Below are positions 1 to 10,100 of a stretch of 64,000 nucleotides of DNA, in pieces. The notes beneath the pieces are model-generated. The model was not told where the DNA came from, did not search any database, and saw only the letters and a list, made by a program, of their open reading frames with translations. The DNA is from an uncultured Verrucomicrobiota bacterium. GTDB lineage: Bacteria > Verrucomicrobiota > Verrucomicrobiia > Limisphaerales > UBA9464. The stretch's first letter is position 1. Each line of letters begins with the position of its first letter. The stretch covers positions 1,125 through 65,124 of the forward strand of contig CAILNN010000292.1 in assembly GCA_903835555.1 (NCBI GenBank). The letters run 5' to 3'. Both the position numbers and the translations under genes were made by a program.

Positions 1-2
1 CT

Positions 3-3000
3 TCCTCCGGTGCCTACAATGCTTCATGTGCAATCTACGATTTCGGCACCAACGGAATTCCCGGTGCCAGCGCTCCCACGAACCTCATCAACTTTCCCGT
101 CGTCCGCAGTAACGCCGGTCAAACCATTGCCGCTCTCAAGGCAGTCTGGCCTGCCCTCCGCGCCTTCCAATCCGGCGGCATTGATGCCTGGGATAATTTT
201 ACCGTCTACACCCCAGTCGGCCTCCCGATCATCACGTGGCCATTGGCCAATACCACCGCCACCGCTGGTGCTCCTGTCACATTTACCGTCGGGGCCGACG
301 GTCCCGGACCGCTCGCCTTTACCTGGTACACCAATGGAGTCGTGGATTCCGGAGTAACCGGAACCTCCTACCTCTTGTCCGCCCTACGGCACGGTTTCAC
401 CAACATTGCCGTCGTGGTTGCCAATGCCAACGGCTCCGTCACCAATTCCGCGGATGTCTCCATTTTCCAAGTCCATCCCCCCGCGTTAGCACTTCAACCT
501 GCCACCAAAATCGATGCCAAGAACGCCACCTTGAATGGGGCGATTACCTCCACCGGAGGTGAAGTCCCCATCGTCACCCTTTATTACGGCACATCCGATG
601 GCGGCACCAATCCTTCGGTCTGGGGTCAGTCCAATTCTCTCGGCACCCATACGGGAGCTTTTTCCCTGCCGCTGACCGGACTGAAAAGTGGTACCACTTA
701 TTATTTTTCTGCCGCTGCCCAAAACAGCGCGGGAACAACTTGGGTGACTCCATCGCTTTCGTTCGCCACTGTGACCTTGCTTCCCCCGGCACTCACGAAT
801 CAACCGCCCTCGGGTATTTTGGTGGATTCGGCTGTTCTCCAAGGTTCCGTTCTAAGCACCGGTGGCGAAGTGCCAGACGTCACCGTATTTTATGGTCCCT
901 CCGATGGCGGTAACGACCCGACCGCATGGACGAATCAAATCGATTTAGGCCTTCAGGTCGGTGGTTTTTCCCAAGTCATTTCCGGTCTCAGCTCCAATAC
1001 CACCTATTACGCGACCGCCCGCGCGGTCAATGAAGCTGGCACGAATTGGGCCAATCCGTCGGTATTCTTCACCACCCTTGTGACTAATCCGGTCGCGCCG
1101 GCGGTTGCCGTCCTGACCTACCACAACAACAATCAGCGCGACGGCGTCAATACCAACGAAACGCAACTGAAACCGTCCAACGTGGGTGGCGGCTCTTTCG
1201 GGAAACTCTTTTCTCAGCCCGTTGATGGCTATGTCTACGCTCAGCCGCTGATCGTCCCCAACGTAACCATCCCAGGCAAGGGCATCCACAATGTGGTCTA
1301 TGTCGCCACCGAACATAATTCGGTCTATGCCTTCGATGCAGACAATACCTCTGGAGCCAACATCGCCCCGTTGTGGCAGGTTAGCTTCATCAATCCCGCT
1401 GCTGGCGTAATGACCGTTGCCGCAGGCGATGTCGGTACGGGCGACATCGTTCCCGAGGTGGGCATCACCGCCACCCCCGTGATCGATCCGGTGACATCAA
1501 CCCTATACATCGAAGTCAAGACCAAGGAATCGACCACCAACGGAATCACGTTTGTGCATCGACTCCATGCCTTGGATATGACCACTGGCGCGGAGCGGAC
1601 TTCAGGCGTCGTTTCCAATAGCCCGGTCGTGATCAACATCACCAATTATCCGGGAACGGGAACTCCCGGATTCGGCGATAACGACGGTGCCGGCCACGTG
1701 ACCTTCAATACCCAACGCGAACATTCCCGTCCCGCGCTCACCCTGGTCAATGGCGTTGTCTACGTCGGCTTTGCTTCGCACGGCGACAATCAACCGTACC
1801 ATGGATGGCTGTTCGCCTATGACGCTCATTCGCTCCAGCAATTGAGCGTCTTCTGTTCAACGCCCAATGGTGGGTTGGGCGGTTTCTGGCAGGGCGGCGG
1901 AGGTGCCACCGTCGATTCCGCCGGAAACCTTTACTACGAAACCGGTAACGGTTCGTTTGATGCCACCGGTTCGACCTTCGATCAGGCGCGCAACAGCTTT
2001 GCCATGAGCGTCCTGAAATTCTCGCCGACCAATGGCATTCTCACCTTGACCGACTTTTTCTCTCCCCACGATGAGGGTCCCTTAAGCGATGCCGATAGCG
2101 ACCTGGGTTCTGGAGCCTCCCTGGTCCTTCCCGACTCGGCTGGAACGCCTGCCCATCCCCATCTCCTGGTGGCTTCTGGCAAAGGTAACCGTATCTACCT
2201 GATCGACCGCGATAAAATGGGCCATTTCAACCCCACAGACGACAGCCAGATCGTGCAGGTCGTTCCGTTTGCTTTCGATGGTGGGCAGGACGGCAGTTAC
2301 ATGACGCCAGTCTACTTCAATAACACCCTCTATTACATCGGGATGAACGATCACCTGAAGGTGTTCACGATGACCAACGGCGTGATCAATACCACTCCCG
2401 TTCAGACCAGTACCTTTTTCGGGGATAAAGGCAGCAGCTCTCCCAGCCTTTCGGCCAATGGCACCAATGACGCCATTCTCTGGGCCACGGAATCGGACGC
2501 TTACGCCAGCAGTGGTCCCGCCATCCTGCACGCCTATAACGCCGCTGACGTCACTCAGGAACTGTACAACAGCAGTCAAAATCCCGGACGCGATACCCCG
2601 GGTGGCGCCGTCAAATTCACCGTGCCCACGGTTGCCAATGGCAAGGTCTACGTCGGTAGCGAATATCTATTGTCCGTCTATGGTATCGGAACCTTTCTCG
2701 CTACACCGACCATTTCGCCACCGGGCGGCGTCTTCACCAACTCGGTTCTGGTCACCTTGAGCGACAACACTCCCGGCACCACACTTTACTACACCTTGGA
2801 CGGCACCGTTCCGTCGACGAATTCGCCGATTTATCGTGGCCCATTTGTCCTGACCAACAGCACCGGCGTCCAAGTCATCGCAGCCAAACCAGGAGCCGTT
2901 AATAGCGGTGTCGCTGCGGCTGGTTTTCTGAACAGTTCTTCCATCGGCACCGGTACCGGGTTGCTCGGGACCTATTACGCGAACCATACCTCGGCGGATC

Positions 3001-5198
3001 CGTTCAGCGGACCTTCAACCTTGTTCCGAACCGACCCAACCATTGATTTCAATTGGAATAATAGCCAACCGGACCCAACGGTGGGGCAGTTTACTTACAC
3101 CGTTCGCTGGACCGGCTCGGTTCAACCGCAGTTTACCGAGACTTACACGTTTGCTGCCACGGCCGACGACGGCGTCCGTGTCTATGTCGATGGTCAGTTG
3201 CTCATTGATGCCTGGGTGGACCAAGCCCCGACGACCTATACCGGGACCATCCCGCTGGTTGCCCAGCAGCGCTACGATCTGGTCATGGAATACTACCAAA
3301 ACGGCGGCGGCGCGGTCGCTGAACTGGCCTGGAGCAGTCCATCCACTGCATTGGAGATTATCCCCACCACCCAATTGTATCCGGTGACCAACCCGGCTCC
3401 GGTGGTGGTCCTGACCCAGCCCCAGACCAATGCCACCTTTACCGGTACGGCCAGCGTGACTTTCTCGGCTCAAGCCGCCGCTCAATTTAACACGCTTCAG
3501 GAAGTGGATTTCTATGCCGGTACCAACCAAGTCGGAGTCGCCACTTCCGTACCCTACTCCCTGACGATTCCGGGTTTCGCTCCCGGCACCTATCAACTCT
3601 CCGCCGTGGCCATCGATGGCTCGGGAAAGTCGGGTACCTCCGCACCCGTTCAAATCACGGTCACGGCTGGAAGTGGCCAACCCTACGGGCTAACCAGTCG
3701 TCAGCCCTTCCCAGCTTACGGCCAGATGCCGCAAACGCCGACAGGCCAGATTCCAGCTCACCTGTCGCAAACGGGATTTTTTGCCGATACGGCGAATCTG
3801 GTTCCGGCTGCTCCGCTGATTCCCTACGCCCCCATCGTTCCCTTTTGGTCAGATGGTGCCATCAAGTCGCGCTGGATGGCCGTTCCAAACTCCGGAGCCC
3901 CTTATACACCTGCACAACAAATCGCCTTTGCCCCCACTGGCGAATGGTCGTTCCCTGCCGGTACTGTTTTTGTCAAACACTTTGACCTGACCACCGACTA
4001 CCTTCATCCGAATGCCCCCAAGCGCCGCCTTGAAACCCGCCTCCTGGTGCGCGATCCGTTTGGTGCCGTGTATGGGGTGACTTATAAATGGCGTCCCGAC
4101 GATTCGGATGCCGATCTTATGACCAATAGTCTGTCGGAAAACATCGTCATCACCAACGCCGACGCCACCACCTGGACGCAGACCTGGTATTACCCGAGTT
4201 CAGCCGAGTGTCTCAAATGCCATACGCCCGTGGCCAACTACGTTCTCGGAGCCAGTGCGCGGCAGCTTAACTCGCTGCTGACCTATTCAACAACCGGGCA
4301 GACTGACAATCAACTGCGCACCTTGAATCGGGCCGGTCTCTTCTTCCCCGCCATCGATGAGGGAGCGATCGCCGGATGGAGCCATTTGCAGGCGCTCACC
4401 AATACCGCCGCCTCGTTGGAAGACCGCGCTCGTTCCTGGCTCGATTCCAATTGCTCCCAGTGTCATCAGCCTTCCGGCACAGGACCCAGTTTCGATGCCC
4501 GATGGGACACCCCGCTCGCCCAACAGAATTTAATCAATGCGTTGCCGCAAAAAGGGACTCTCGGTATCGATCACGCACGCGTCGTTGCTCCAAAGGACAT
4601 CTGGCGCTCGGTGCTCTACCAGCGCGCTGATTCCGTTGACCCAGCCATTAAGATGCCACCGTTGGCTCGTAATCTGGTCGATACCCAGTCGCTGGCGGTT
4701 GTGGCGGCTTGGATCAATAGCCTTGATGGGACACCGGCTCTGCAACCGCCGACCATCTCGCCAACCGGCGGAGCTTATGTCGGGAATGTCACCGTGACGT
4801 TGACCGCCGCCGACCCCAGCGAAACCGTCTACTACACGCTCGATGGAACGTTACCGTCGACTTCCTCACCGCTTTACACCGGGCCGTTCCAGGTGACTTC
4901 GGATACCACCGTCCAAGCCAAGGCCTTTGCCAACGGGTTCATCGATAGTGCCCCGTCTTCAGCGACTTATCACTTCACCTCCGGGTTGGAGCTTTCCCCG
5001 CTCGGCTTCCTAAACAACGGGGCCTTTGGTCTGCAACTCAGCGGTGCGACCGGGGCGGCGACCATTCTCGAAGTCTCGTTTGACTTGCGCCATTGGACCC
5101 CCATTAGCACTAATACGCCGACCACTAGTCCCGTTACGATCTCGGATACCGGGGCTTCCGGTTTGGCCAATCGGTATTATCGTGCCGTGCAACAATAG
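3..5198 (+). CDS. Giant secreted multidomain protein, 5'-truncated by the window edge: Ig/FN3-like repeats, PQQ-like beta-propeller, CHB_HEX_C, PA14, Ig-like, SO_2930/HNE_0200-like dihaem cytochrome c domain, CHB_HEX_C, C-terminal beta-sandwich tail
   Basis: The ORF-track entry 243..5198 begins at an in-frame TTG. The same frame has no stop back to nt 3 and already encodes an Ig-like repeat (PIITWPLANTTATAGAPVTFTV...FTWY), so the gene continues upstream. Motifs read by eye: repeated ~95-aa units ending TTYYF/TTYYA..A.N.AGT.W (FN3-like); LTYHNNNQRDGVNTNE...VDGYVYAQPLIV...VYVATEHNSVYAFDAD (beta-propeller); GLLGTYYANH...RWTG...ETYTF...DDGVRVYVDG...YYQNGGGA (PA14). Two CxxCH motifs (CLKCH 4209-4223, CSQCH 4452-4466) sit in the context LSQTGFF..PFWSDGAIKSRW..ETRLLVRD..YKWR. 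YYTLDGT.P...SP.Y.GPF appears twice (CHB_HEX_C). Confidence 0.85.
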   Translation, partial: SSGAYNASCAIYDFGTNGIPGASAPTNLINFPVVRSNAGQTIAALKAVWPALRAFQSGGIDAWDNFTVYTPVGLPIITWPLANTTATAGAPVTFTVGADGPGPLAFTWYTNGVVDSGVTGTSYLLSALRHGFTNIAVVVANANGSVTNSADVSIFQVHPPALALQPATKIDAKNATLNGAITSTGGEVPIVTLYYGTSDGGTNPSVWGQSNSLGTHTGAFSLPLTGLKSGTTYYFSAAAQNSAGTTWVTPSLSFATVTLLPPALTNQPPSGILVDSAVLQGSVLSTGGEVPDVTVFYGPSDGGNDPTAWTNQIDLGLQVGGFSQVISGLSSNTTYYATARAVNEAGTNWANPSVFFTTLVTNPVAPAVAVLTYHNNNQRDGVNTNETQLKPSNVGGGSFGKLFSQPVDGYVYAQPLIVPNVTIPGKGIHNVVYVATEHNSVYAFDADNTSGANIAPLWQVSFINPAAGVMTVAAGDVGTGDIVPEVGITATPVIDPVTSTLYIEVKTKESTTNGITFVHRLHALDMTTGAERTSGVVSNSPVVINITNYPGTGTPGFGDNDGAGHVTFNTQREHSRPALTLVNGVVYVGFASHGDNQPYHGWLFAYDAHSLQQLSVFCSTPNGGLGGFWQGGGGATVDSAGNLYYETGNGSFDATGSTFDQARNSFAMSVLKFSPTNGILTLTDFFSPHDEGPLSDADSDLGSGASLVLPDSAGTPAHPHLLVASGKGNRIYLIDRDKMGHFNPTDDSQIVQVVPFAFDGGQDGSYMTPVYFNNTLYYIGMNDHLKVFTMTNGVINTTPVQTSTFFGDKGSSSPSLSANGTNDAILWATESDAYASSGPAILHAYNAADVTQELYNSSQNPGRDTPGGAVKFTVPTVANGKVYVGSEYLLSVYGIGTFLATPTISPPGGVFTNSVLVTLSDNTPGTTLYYTLDGTVPSTNSPIYRGPFVLTNSTGVQVIAAKPGAVNSGVAAAGFLNSSSIGTGTGLLGTYYANHTSADPFSGPSTLFRTDPTIDFNWNNSQPDPTVGQFTYTVRWTGSVQPQFTETYTFAATADDGVRVYVDGQLLIDAWVDQAPTTYTGTIPLVAQQRYDLVMEYYQNGGGAVAELAWSSPSTALEIIPTTQLYPVTNPAPVVVLTQPQTNATFTGTASVTFSAQAAAQFNTLQEVDFYAGTNQVGVATSVPYSLTIPGFAPGTYQLSAVAIDGSGKSGTSAPVQITVTAGSGQPYGLTSRQPFPAYGQMPQTPTGQIPAHLSQTGFFADTANLVPAAPLIPYAPIVPFWSDGAIKSRWMAVPNSGAPYTPAQQIAFAPTGEWSFPAGTVFVKHFDLTTDYLHPNAPKRRLETRLLVRDPFGAVYGVTYKWRPDDSDADLMTNSLSENIVITNADATTWTQTWYYPSSAECLKCHTPVANYVLGASARQLNSLLTYSTTGQTDNQLRTLNRAGLFFPAIDEGAIAGWSHLQALTNTAASLEDRARSWLDSNCSQCHQPSGTGPSFDARWDTPLAQQNLINALPQKGTLGIDHARVVAPKDIWRSVLYQRADSVDPAIKMPPLARNLVDTQSLAVVAAWINSLDGTPALQPPTISPTGGAYVGNVTVTLTAADPSETVYYTLDGTLPSTSSPLYTGPFQVTSDTTVQAKAFANGFIDSAPSSATYHFTSGLELSPLGFLNNGAFGLQLSGATGAATILEVSFDLRHWTPISTNTPTTSPVTISDTGASGLANRYYRAVQQ

Positions 5199-5210
5199 GG
5201 CCTCTATTCC

Positions 5211-5759
5211 ATGTTCCGGCTTCGACGAAGCTTTCTACTCCTGGCGCTATCCGCAGCTTTACCACTGTTCGGCGAGCCGACGAATTCAAAGCCGACAGCC
5301 TTGCCGGACCGGCCTTTGACTCCCGAGGAGCGCACCAAAGCCTTGGCTCGCGCCCAGGTGGCTGAAAAGATTCGGGCCGAATGCATCGAGGCTCGCCGCT
5401 ATGTCGCCGGGCGCGTGATCGAGATTACCCCCGTCGGCTTGGTGGTGGAAAGCGGTTACAGCGCCCTCCTCCAACCGCCCTTCAACCAATCATGGGTGGT
5501 CCATGGCAATGCCACGGTTCAGGCGGATTCACCTGCTCCAGAGGAAAAACATCCCGATGCCGTTTGCCGTGGTCAGGTCTATTTGACCAATACCCCACGT
5601 CGCCCAAAGGTGAAGCCGTATGACTATGTCGTCATTCATGCCTATCCTGCCGGAGAAGAAGTTTATCGTCCGGTGCCCGGCGTCGAAAAGACCCTTCGGC
5701 GCTATTCGGCAAGTTTGGAGAATGCCGTCAAATTTGAGTTGGAACGCCGTGAAAAATAG
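5211..5759 (+). CDS. Small secreted hypothetical protein (signal peptide MFRLRRSFLLLALSAALPLFG)
   Basis: 182-aa ORF starting 12 nt after the stop of the upstream giant gene. It has an N-terminal hydrophobic signal-like segment and protein-like composition. I recognise no family. Confidence 0.5.
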   Translation: MFRLRRSFLLLALSAALPLFGEPTNSKPTALPDRPLTPEERTKALARAQVAEKIRAECIEARRYVAGRVIEITPVGLVVESGYSALLQPPFNQSWVVHGNATVQADSPAPEEKHPDAVCRGQVYLTNTPRRPKVKPYDYVVIHAYPAGEEVYRPVPGVEKTLRRYSASLENAVKFELERREK

Positions 5760-7116
5760 CTGGTGGGGCTTTATTTCTACTAAGACCGCGTTATTGCTGG
5801 CGACCCTCCTCCCAATAACGGCTAACGCCCGTTCGTTTGGATTCGAGGTTCGACCGCAATCGCCTCCATTCCTGGGCCATCCAGAAATGCAACACGGCGA
5901 ATTTCCTTCCCGGCTCTCCCAAACCGGGGCCTTCAAAGATACCGCTCGGATGGTGCCCGTCGACGGTTTGATACCGTATCGCCTGAACGTCCCTTTCTTT
6001 TCCGACGACGCCATCAAAACCCGTTGGATCAGTGTGCCATCATTCGGAACCAATAGCGCATCAACGATCTCATTTGACCCGACAGGAGAATGGAAATTCC
6101 CCACCGGGACTGTCTTTGTAAAACATTTCGACTTCGGAACGGATGAAACCAATCCCGAAGCTCGTCGGCGTCTTGAAACCCGACTGGTCGCGGTGGATGG
6201 GCATGGTGGTGTGCAGGTGGCAACCTACAAATGGCGAGCGGACAGTTCAGATGCCGATCTTCTCACGAATAGTTTGGCTGAACCGATTCTCATTCGGACT
6301 CCATCGGGTGAGCGCACCCAAGTCTGGAATTATCCCGGTTCCCATGATTGCCGGACTTGTCATACGGAATTGAACGGTGGCGTGTTGGGAGTCACGGCCC
6401 GCCAACTCAATGGGCCGTTCACCAATCCAACTGGCCGTACCGACAACCAATTGCGAACGTGGAGCCATATCGGTTTATTTGACCGCGATATAGATGAAGC
6501 AGCGTTGGCTTCCATTCCAGCGCTGGCAGCGGCGGGGGAAACCTCCCGTTCGATTGAAGACCGCGCACGTTCTTATCTCGACGCCAATTGTTCACATTGC
6601 CATCGCCCCGGAGGTACCGTCGGAAACTTTGACGCCCGTTACAATACACCGCTGGCCGCGCAACATTTGATCGATGGCCCCGTGCTCATCGACCAAGGAA
6701 TCGATCGCGCCCGGGTCATCGTGCCACGTGACATATGGAGGTCCATCCTGTACCTTCGCCCAAGCACCCTGGAAGGAATGAAGATGCCCCCGATCGCGCA
6801 CGAACGCCTGGACCAGGCGGGACTCGCTCTTTTGAGGGATTGGATTAACAGCCTCCCTGGTGTTCCGGCGCTCGCTCCCCCTGAGATTTATTCAGCGACC
6901 GGTCCGAAAGACGGACAGACAGAAGTAATCGTCCGCCATGCCGAGCCTGACGTGAAAATCCGCTACACGACCGATGGGAGCGCCCCCGGACAGTCCGACC
7001 CAATTTATCAGGGACCCATTCGAGTCACCCTGCCGACAGTCGTTCGCGCTCGCGCCTATAAATCCGGTTTTATCCGGAGCATTGCTGCCCAACAATTTTT
7101 TCAAGCATCCAATTAA
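5722..7116 (+). CDS. Stand-alone SO_2930/HNE_0200-like dihaem cytochrome c protein with C-terminal CHB_HEX_C domain
   Basis: The ORF-track entry 5620..7116 overlaps the previous gene. The in-frame ATG at 5722 (or GTG at 5749) gives a signal peptide (KNSWWGFISTKTALLLATLLPITANA). It shares LSQTGAF..PFFSDDAIKTRW..ETRLVAVD..YKWR and two CxxCH motifs (CRTCH at 6349-6363, CSHCH) with the C-terminal modules of both neighbouring giants. The tail carries RYTTDGSAPGQSDPIYQGPI. The exact start is uncertain. Confidence 0.8.
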   Translation: MPSNLSWNAVKNSWWGFISTKTALLLATLLPITANARSFGFEVRPQSPPFLGHPEMQHGEFPSRLSQTGAFKDTARMVPVDGLIPYRLNVPFFSDDAIKTRWISVPSFGTNSASTISFDPTGEWKFPTGTVFVKHFDFGTDETNPEARRRLETRLVAVDGHGGVQVATYKWRADSSDADLLTNSLAEPILIRTPSGERTQVWNYPGSHDCRTCHTELNGGVLGVTARQLNGPFTNPTGRTDNQLRTWSHIGLFDRDIDEAALASIPALAAAGETSRSIEDRARSYLDANCSHCHRPGGTVGNFDARYNTPLAAQHLIDGPVLIDQGIDRARVIVPRDIWRSILYLRPSTLEGMKMPPIAHERLDQAGLALLRDWINSLPGVPALAPPEIYSATGPKDGQTEVIVRHAEPDVKIRYTTDGSAPGQSDPIYQGPIRVTLPTVVRARAYKSGFIRSIAAQQFFQASN

Positions 7117-7134
7117 TTCCGGCCATCCCTCCCC

Positions 7135-10100
7135 ATGACCATCCCCATAACCCGTTTCTTCGCTTTTCGCCTTCATTTGGCCGCCTGGATTCTGGCCGTC
7201 CATTCGGCCTTCGCCGCTCTGCTACCCGGTAGCATCATCGGCACTCCCGGGTCCTGGCAAAATAGCGGTAACACCATCACCAACGTCTTTGATGGCGATA
7301 TTACCACCTTTTTCGATGCCCCCGACCCGGGAACCGGTGATTGGGCCGGACTCGATTTCGGACCCGGTGCAGCAAACATCATCACCTCGATTGTCTATGC
7401 ACCACGGGCTGGCTTCGGGGGACGAATGGTGGGCGGTCAGTTTCAAGGTGCCAACCAGCCGGATTTCTCAGATGCCGTCAATTTGGGGACAATCAATAAT
7501 GCGCCAGCAGATGGCACCTACATCACTGTACCGGTAACGGTTCAAACCGGTTTCCGCTATGCCCGATACCTGGCTCCAGACCCCAGTTGGGGAAATATTT
7601 CCGAACTCCAATTCTTCGGCTATGGGCCGGGTGTAAACTTGGCCTTGGCTCAACCCGCTCTGGCATCATCAGCCAGTGATGCCACTCACACACCCGCTCT
7701 TGCGGTGGATGGTAAGGTCTCGACCGGTTGGCTCTCTTCCGGAGGCGGTCCGCAATGGTTGTCCGTTGACCTCGGCTCTGGGTATTCCGTTGGCTCAATT
7801 CAAATTTCCTGGGGCTCCAATTATGCCTCCACGTTTACCGTCCAATCTTCAACGGATGGTACAACTTGGAAAGACCAGTTTACCAAGACCGGCTTTGGAG
7901 GCGGCCTTTTCCTTGCGACCTTTAAGCCGTTTGTAACCCGATATCTTCGTATCAATTGCACTCAGGCAGGCGGTGCGGGCGGTTATGGCATTCAAGAATT
8001 GTCCGTGCTTGGCGTGGTCACGGCCCCGGTCCTGAACGACCTCGCGCCGGCTCAAGTAACCAGCCACGGCGCGGTAGCAACCGGGCAGATCGTCGCTACC
8101 GGTGGGCTGGTTCCCACGGTTATCCTTTATTACGGCGCTAAGGATGGGGGTAGCCAAGCATCCGCCTGGGGGTCTTTCGTCAACTTGGGGCAGCAATCCG
8201 CCAACTTTTCCGCCCCCATTACCGGCTTGAACCCATCAACGACGTACTATTACACCTTTGCGGCTTCCAACGCCGCCGGAGTGACTTGGGCTTCACCCAG
8301 CGTCTCTTTCACGACCGCTCCTCCTCCACAATTGCCGGGCGTGGTGAATTTGGCCGCCTTGGGCGTTCAACCCAATACCGCGACCGTGGCCGGGCGTATC
8401 ACGTCGACTGGGGGCGGTGGAGAAATTCCAACGGCCTTCGTTTACTACGGCATCGCGGATGGGGGCACCTCCGCCAACGCATGGACGTTCAGCCAATCTG
8501 CGGGACCCCAGTCCACCAATTTTGTCGCCGACCTGACCGGTCTGACGCCGAATACGACCTACTTCTTTACCGTCGCGGCATCAAACTCCGCCGGGATCGT
8601 TTGGGCATCGCCCTCTCTTTCTTTTACGACTCCACTTGCACCTCCCGCCGTACCGGTTCTCACCTACCATTACGACAACACGCGTCAGGGAGCCAATCTC
8701 TCGGAGAACCTCCTTACCCCGGCCAATGTGGGCGGTGGCACCTTTGGACGTCTCTTCACCTATCCGGTCGACGGCCACGTCTACGCCCAACCGCTGATCA
8801 TGACCAATGTGGCGGTCCTTGGCAAAGGCACCCGAAATGTCCTGTTGGTCGCTTCTCAGCATGACAGCCTCTATGCCTTCGACGCCGATAACAATGGCGG
8901 CCCGGATAATGGCCTCCTTTGGAAAGTCAATTTTGGCGTTTCAGCCGCCACCCCCAATAACGACTGGGGCAACCGCTACGGTCCTTACCACGATATTGAT
9001 CCCGAAGTCGGCATCACGGCAACTCCCGTAATCGACCCGGTCACCAGCACCATTTACCTGGACGTCTTTAGTCACGAAGGCACCGTTTACCTACACCGGA
9101 TTCACGCCCTGGATATTGCCACCGGAACGGAACGACCCTTCAGCCCGGTTCCTGTAGCGGCACAAGTTCCCGGTAAAGGCGTGGGCAGTGCCGGTGGCGT
9201 CCTGAATTTCGATTCACGTCGCAGCCTGAATCGTTCTGCCTTCACTCTGGCAGGCGGTATTCTGTTTGCGACCTACACAGGCTATGCTGACACCGATCCG
9301 TACCACGGATGGGTCATCGGCTTTGATGCGGCGACCCTCAAGCCCCTTACCAACTACGTCTTCTGTACCTCCCCCAATAGCACCATTAATGCCTGGGGAC
9401 CCAACGCTGGAGAGTGCGGCATCTGGATGGCCGGTCACGGTCCTTGCGCTGACGCCAACAACAACCTGTTCTTTGAAGTCGGTAATGGCCCTTTCAACGC
9501 CAACGCCGCCAATGGCAGCGAATACGGCGACAGCTTTGTCCGCCTGTCGTCGTCGTCCGGATTATCCGTAGCTGACTATTTCACCCCCTACAATCAAGCT
9601 TCCCTAGCCGCCGCCGACGCCGATCTCGGTTCTGGTGGCCCCATAATCCTTCCCGATTCGGTCGGAAGTGCCGCTCATCCCCACTTGCTGGTCGGCTGTG
9701 GCAAGGAGGGGAAAATCTACCTCCTGGACCGCGATCAGATGGGCCACTACAACCCGGCCAATGATAACGGAGCTGTTCAGACCCTACCGGGTGCTGTCGG
9801 AGGCACCTGGAGCAGTCCAGCCTATTTCAACGGCACCATCTATTACCAAGGTTCCGGCGATGTCTTGAAAGCGTTCTCCATCGCCAACGGAGCGATCAAT
9901 CCGAATCCCGTCGGGCGCGGACCTAGCGGCGACGGTTATCCCGGTTCAACCCCGGTGATTTCCGCTAGTGGAACCCAAAATGCCATCGTTTGGACCATCC
10001 AATCCGACGCCTACGGTGGTGGTGGACCCGCCGTCCTTCACGCCTACAACGCCACCAATATTACCTACGAGTTGTACAACAGCAGCCGCAACCTAAGTCG

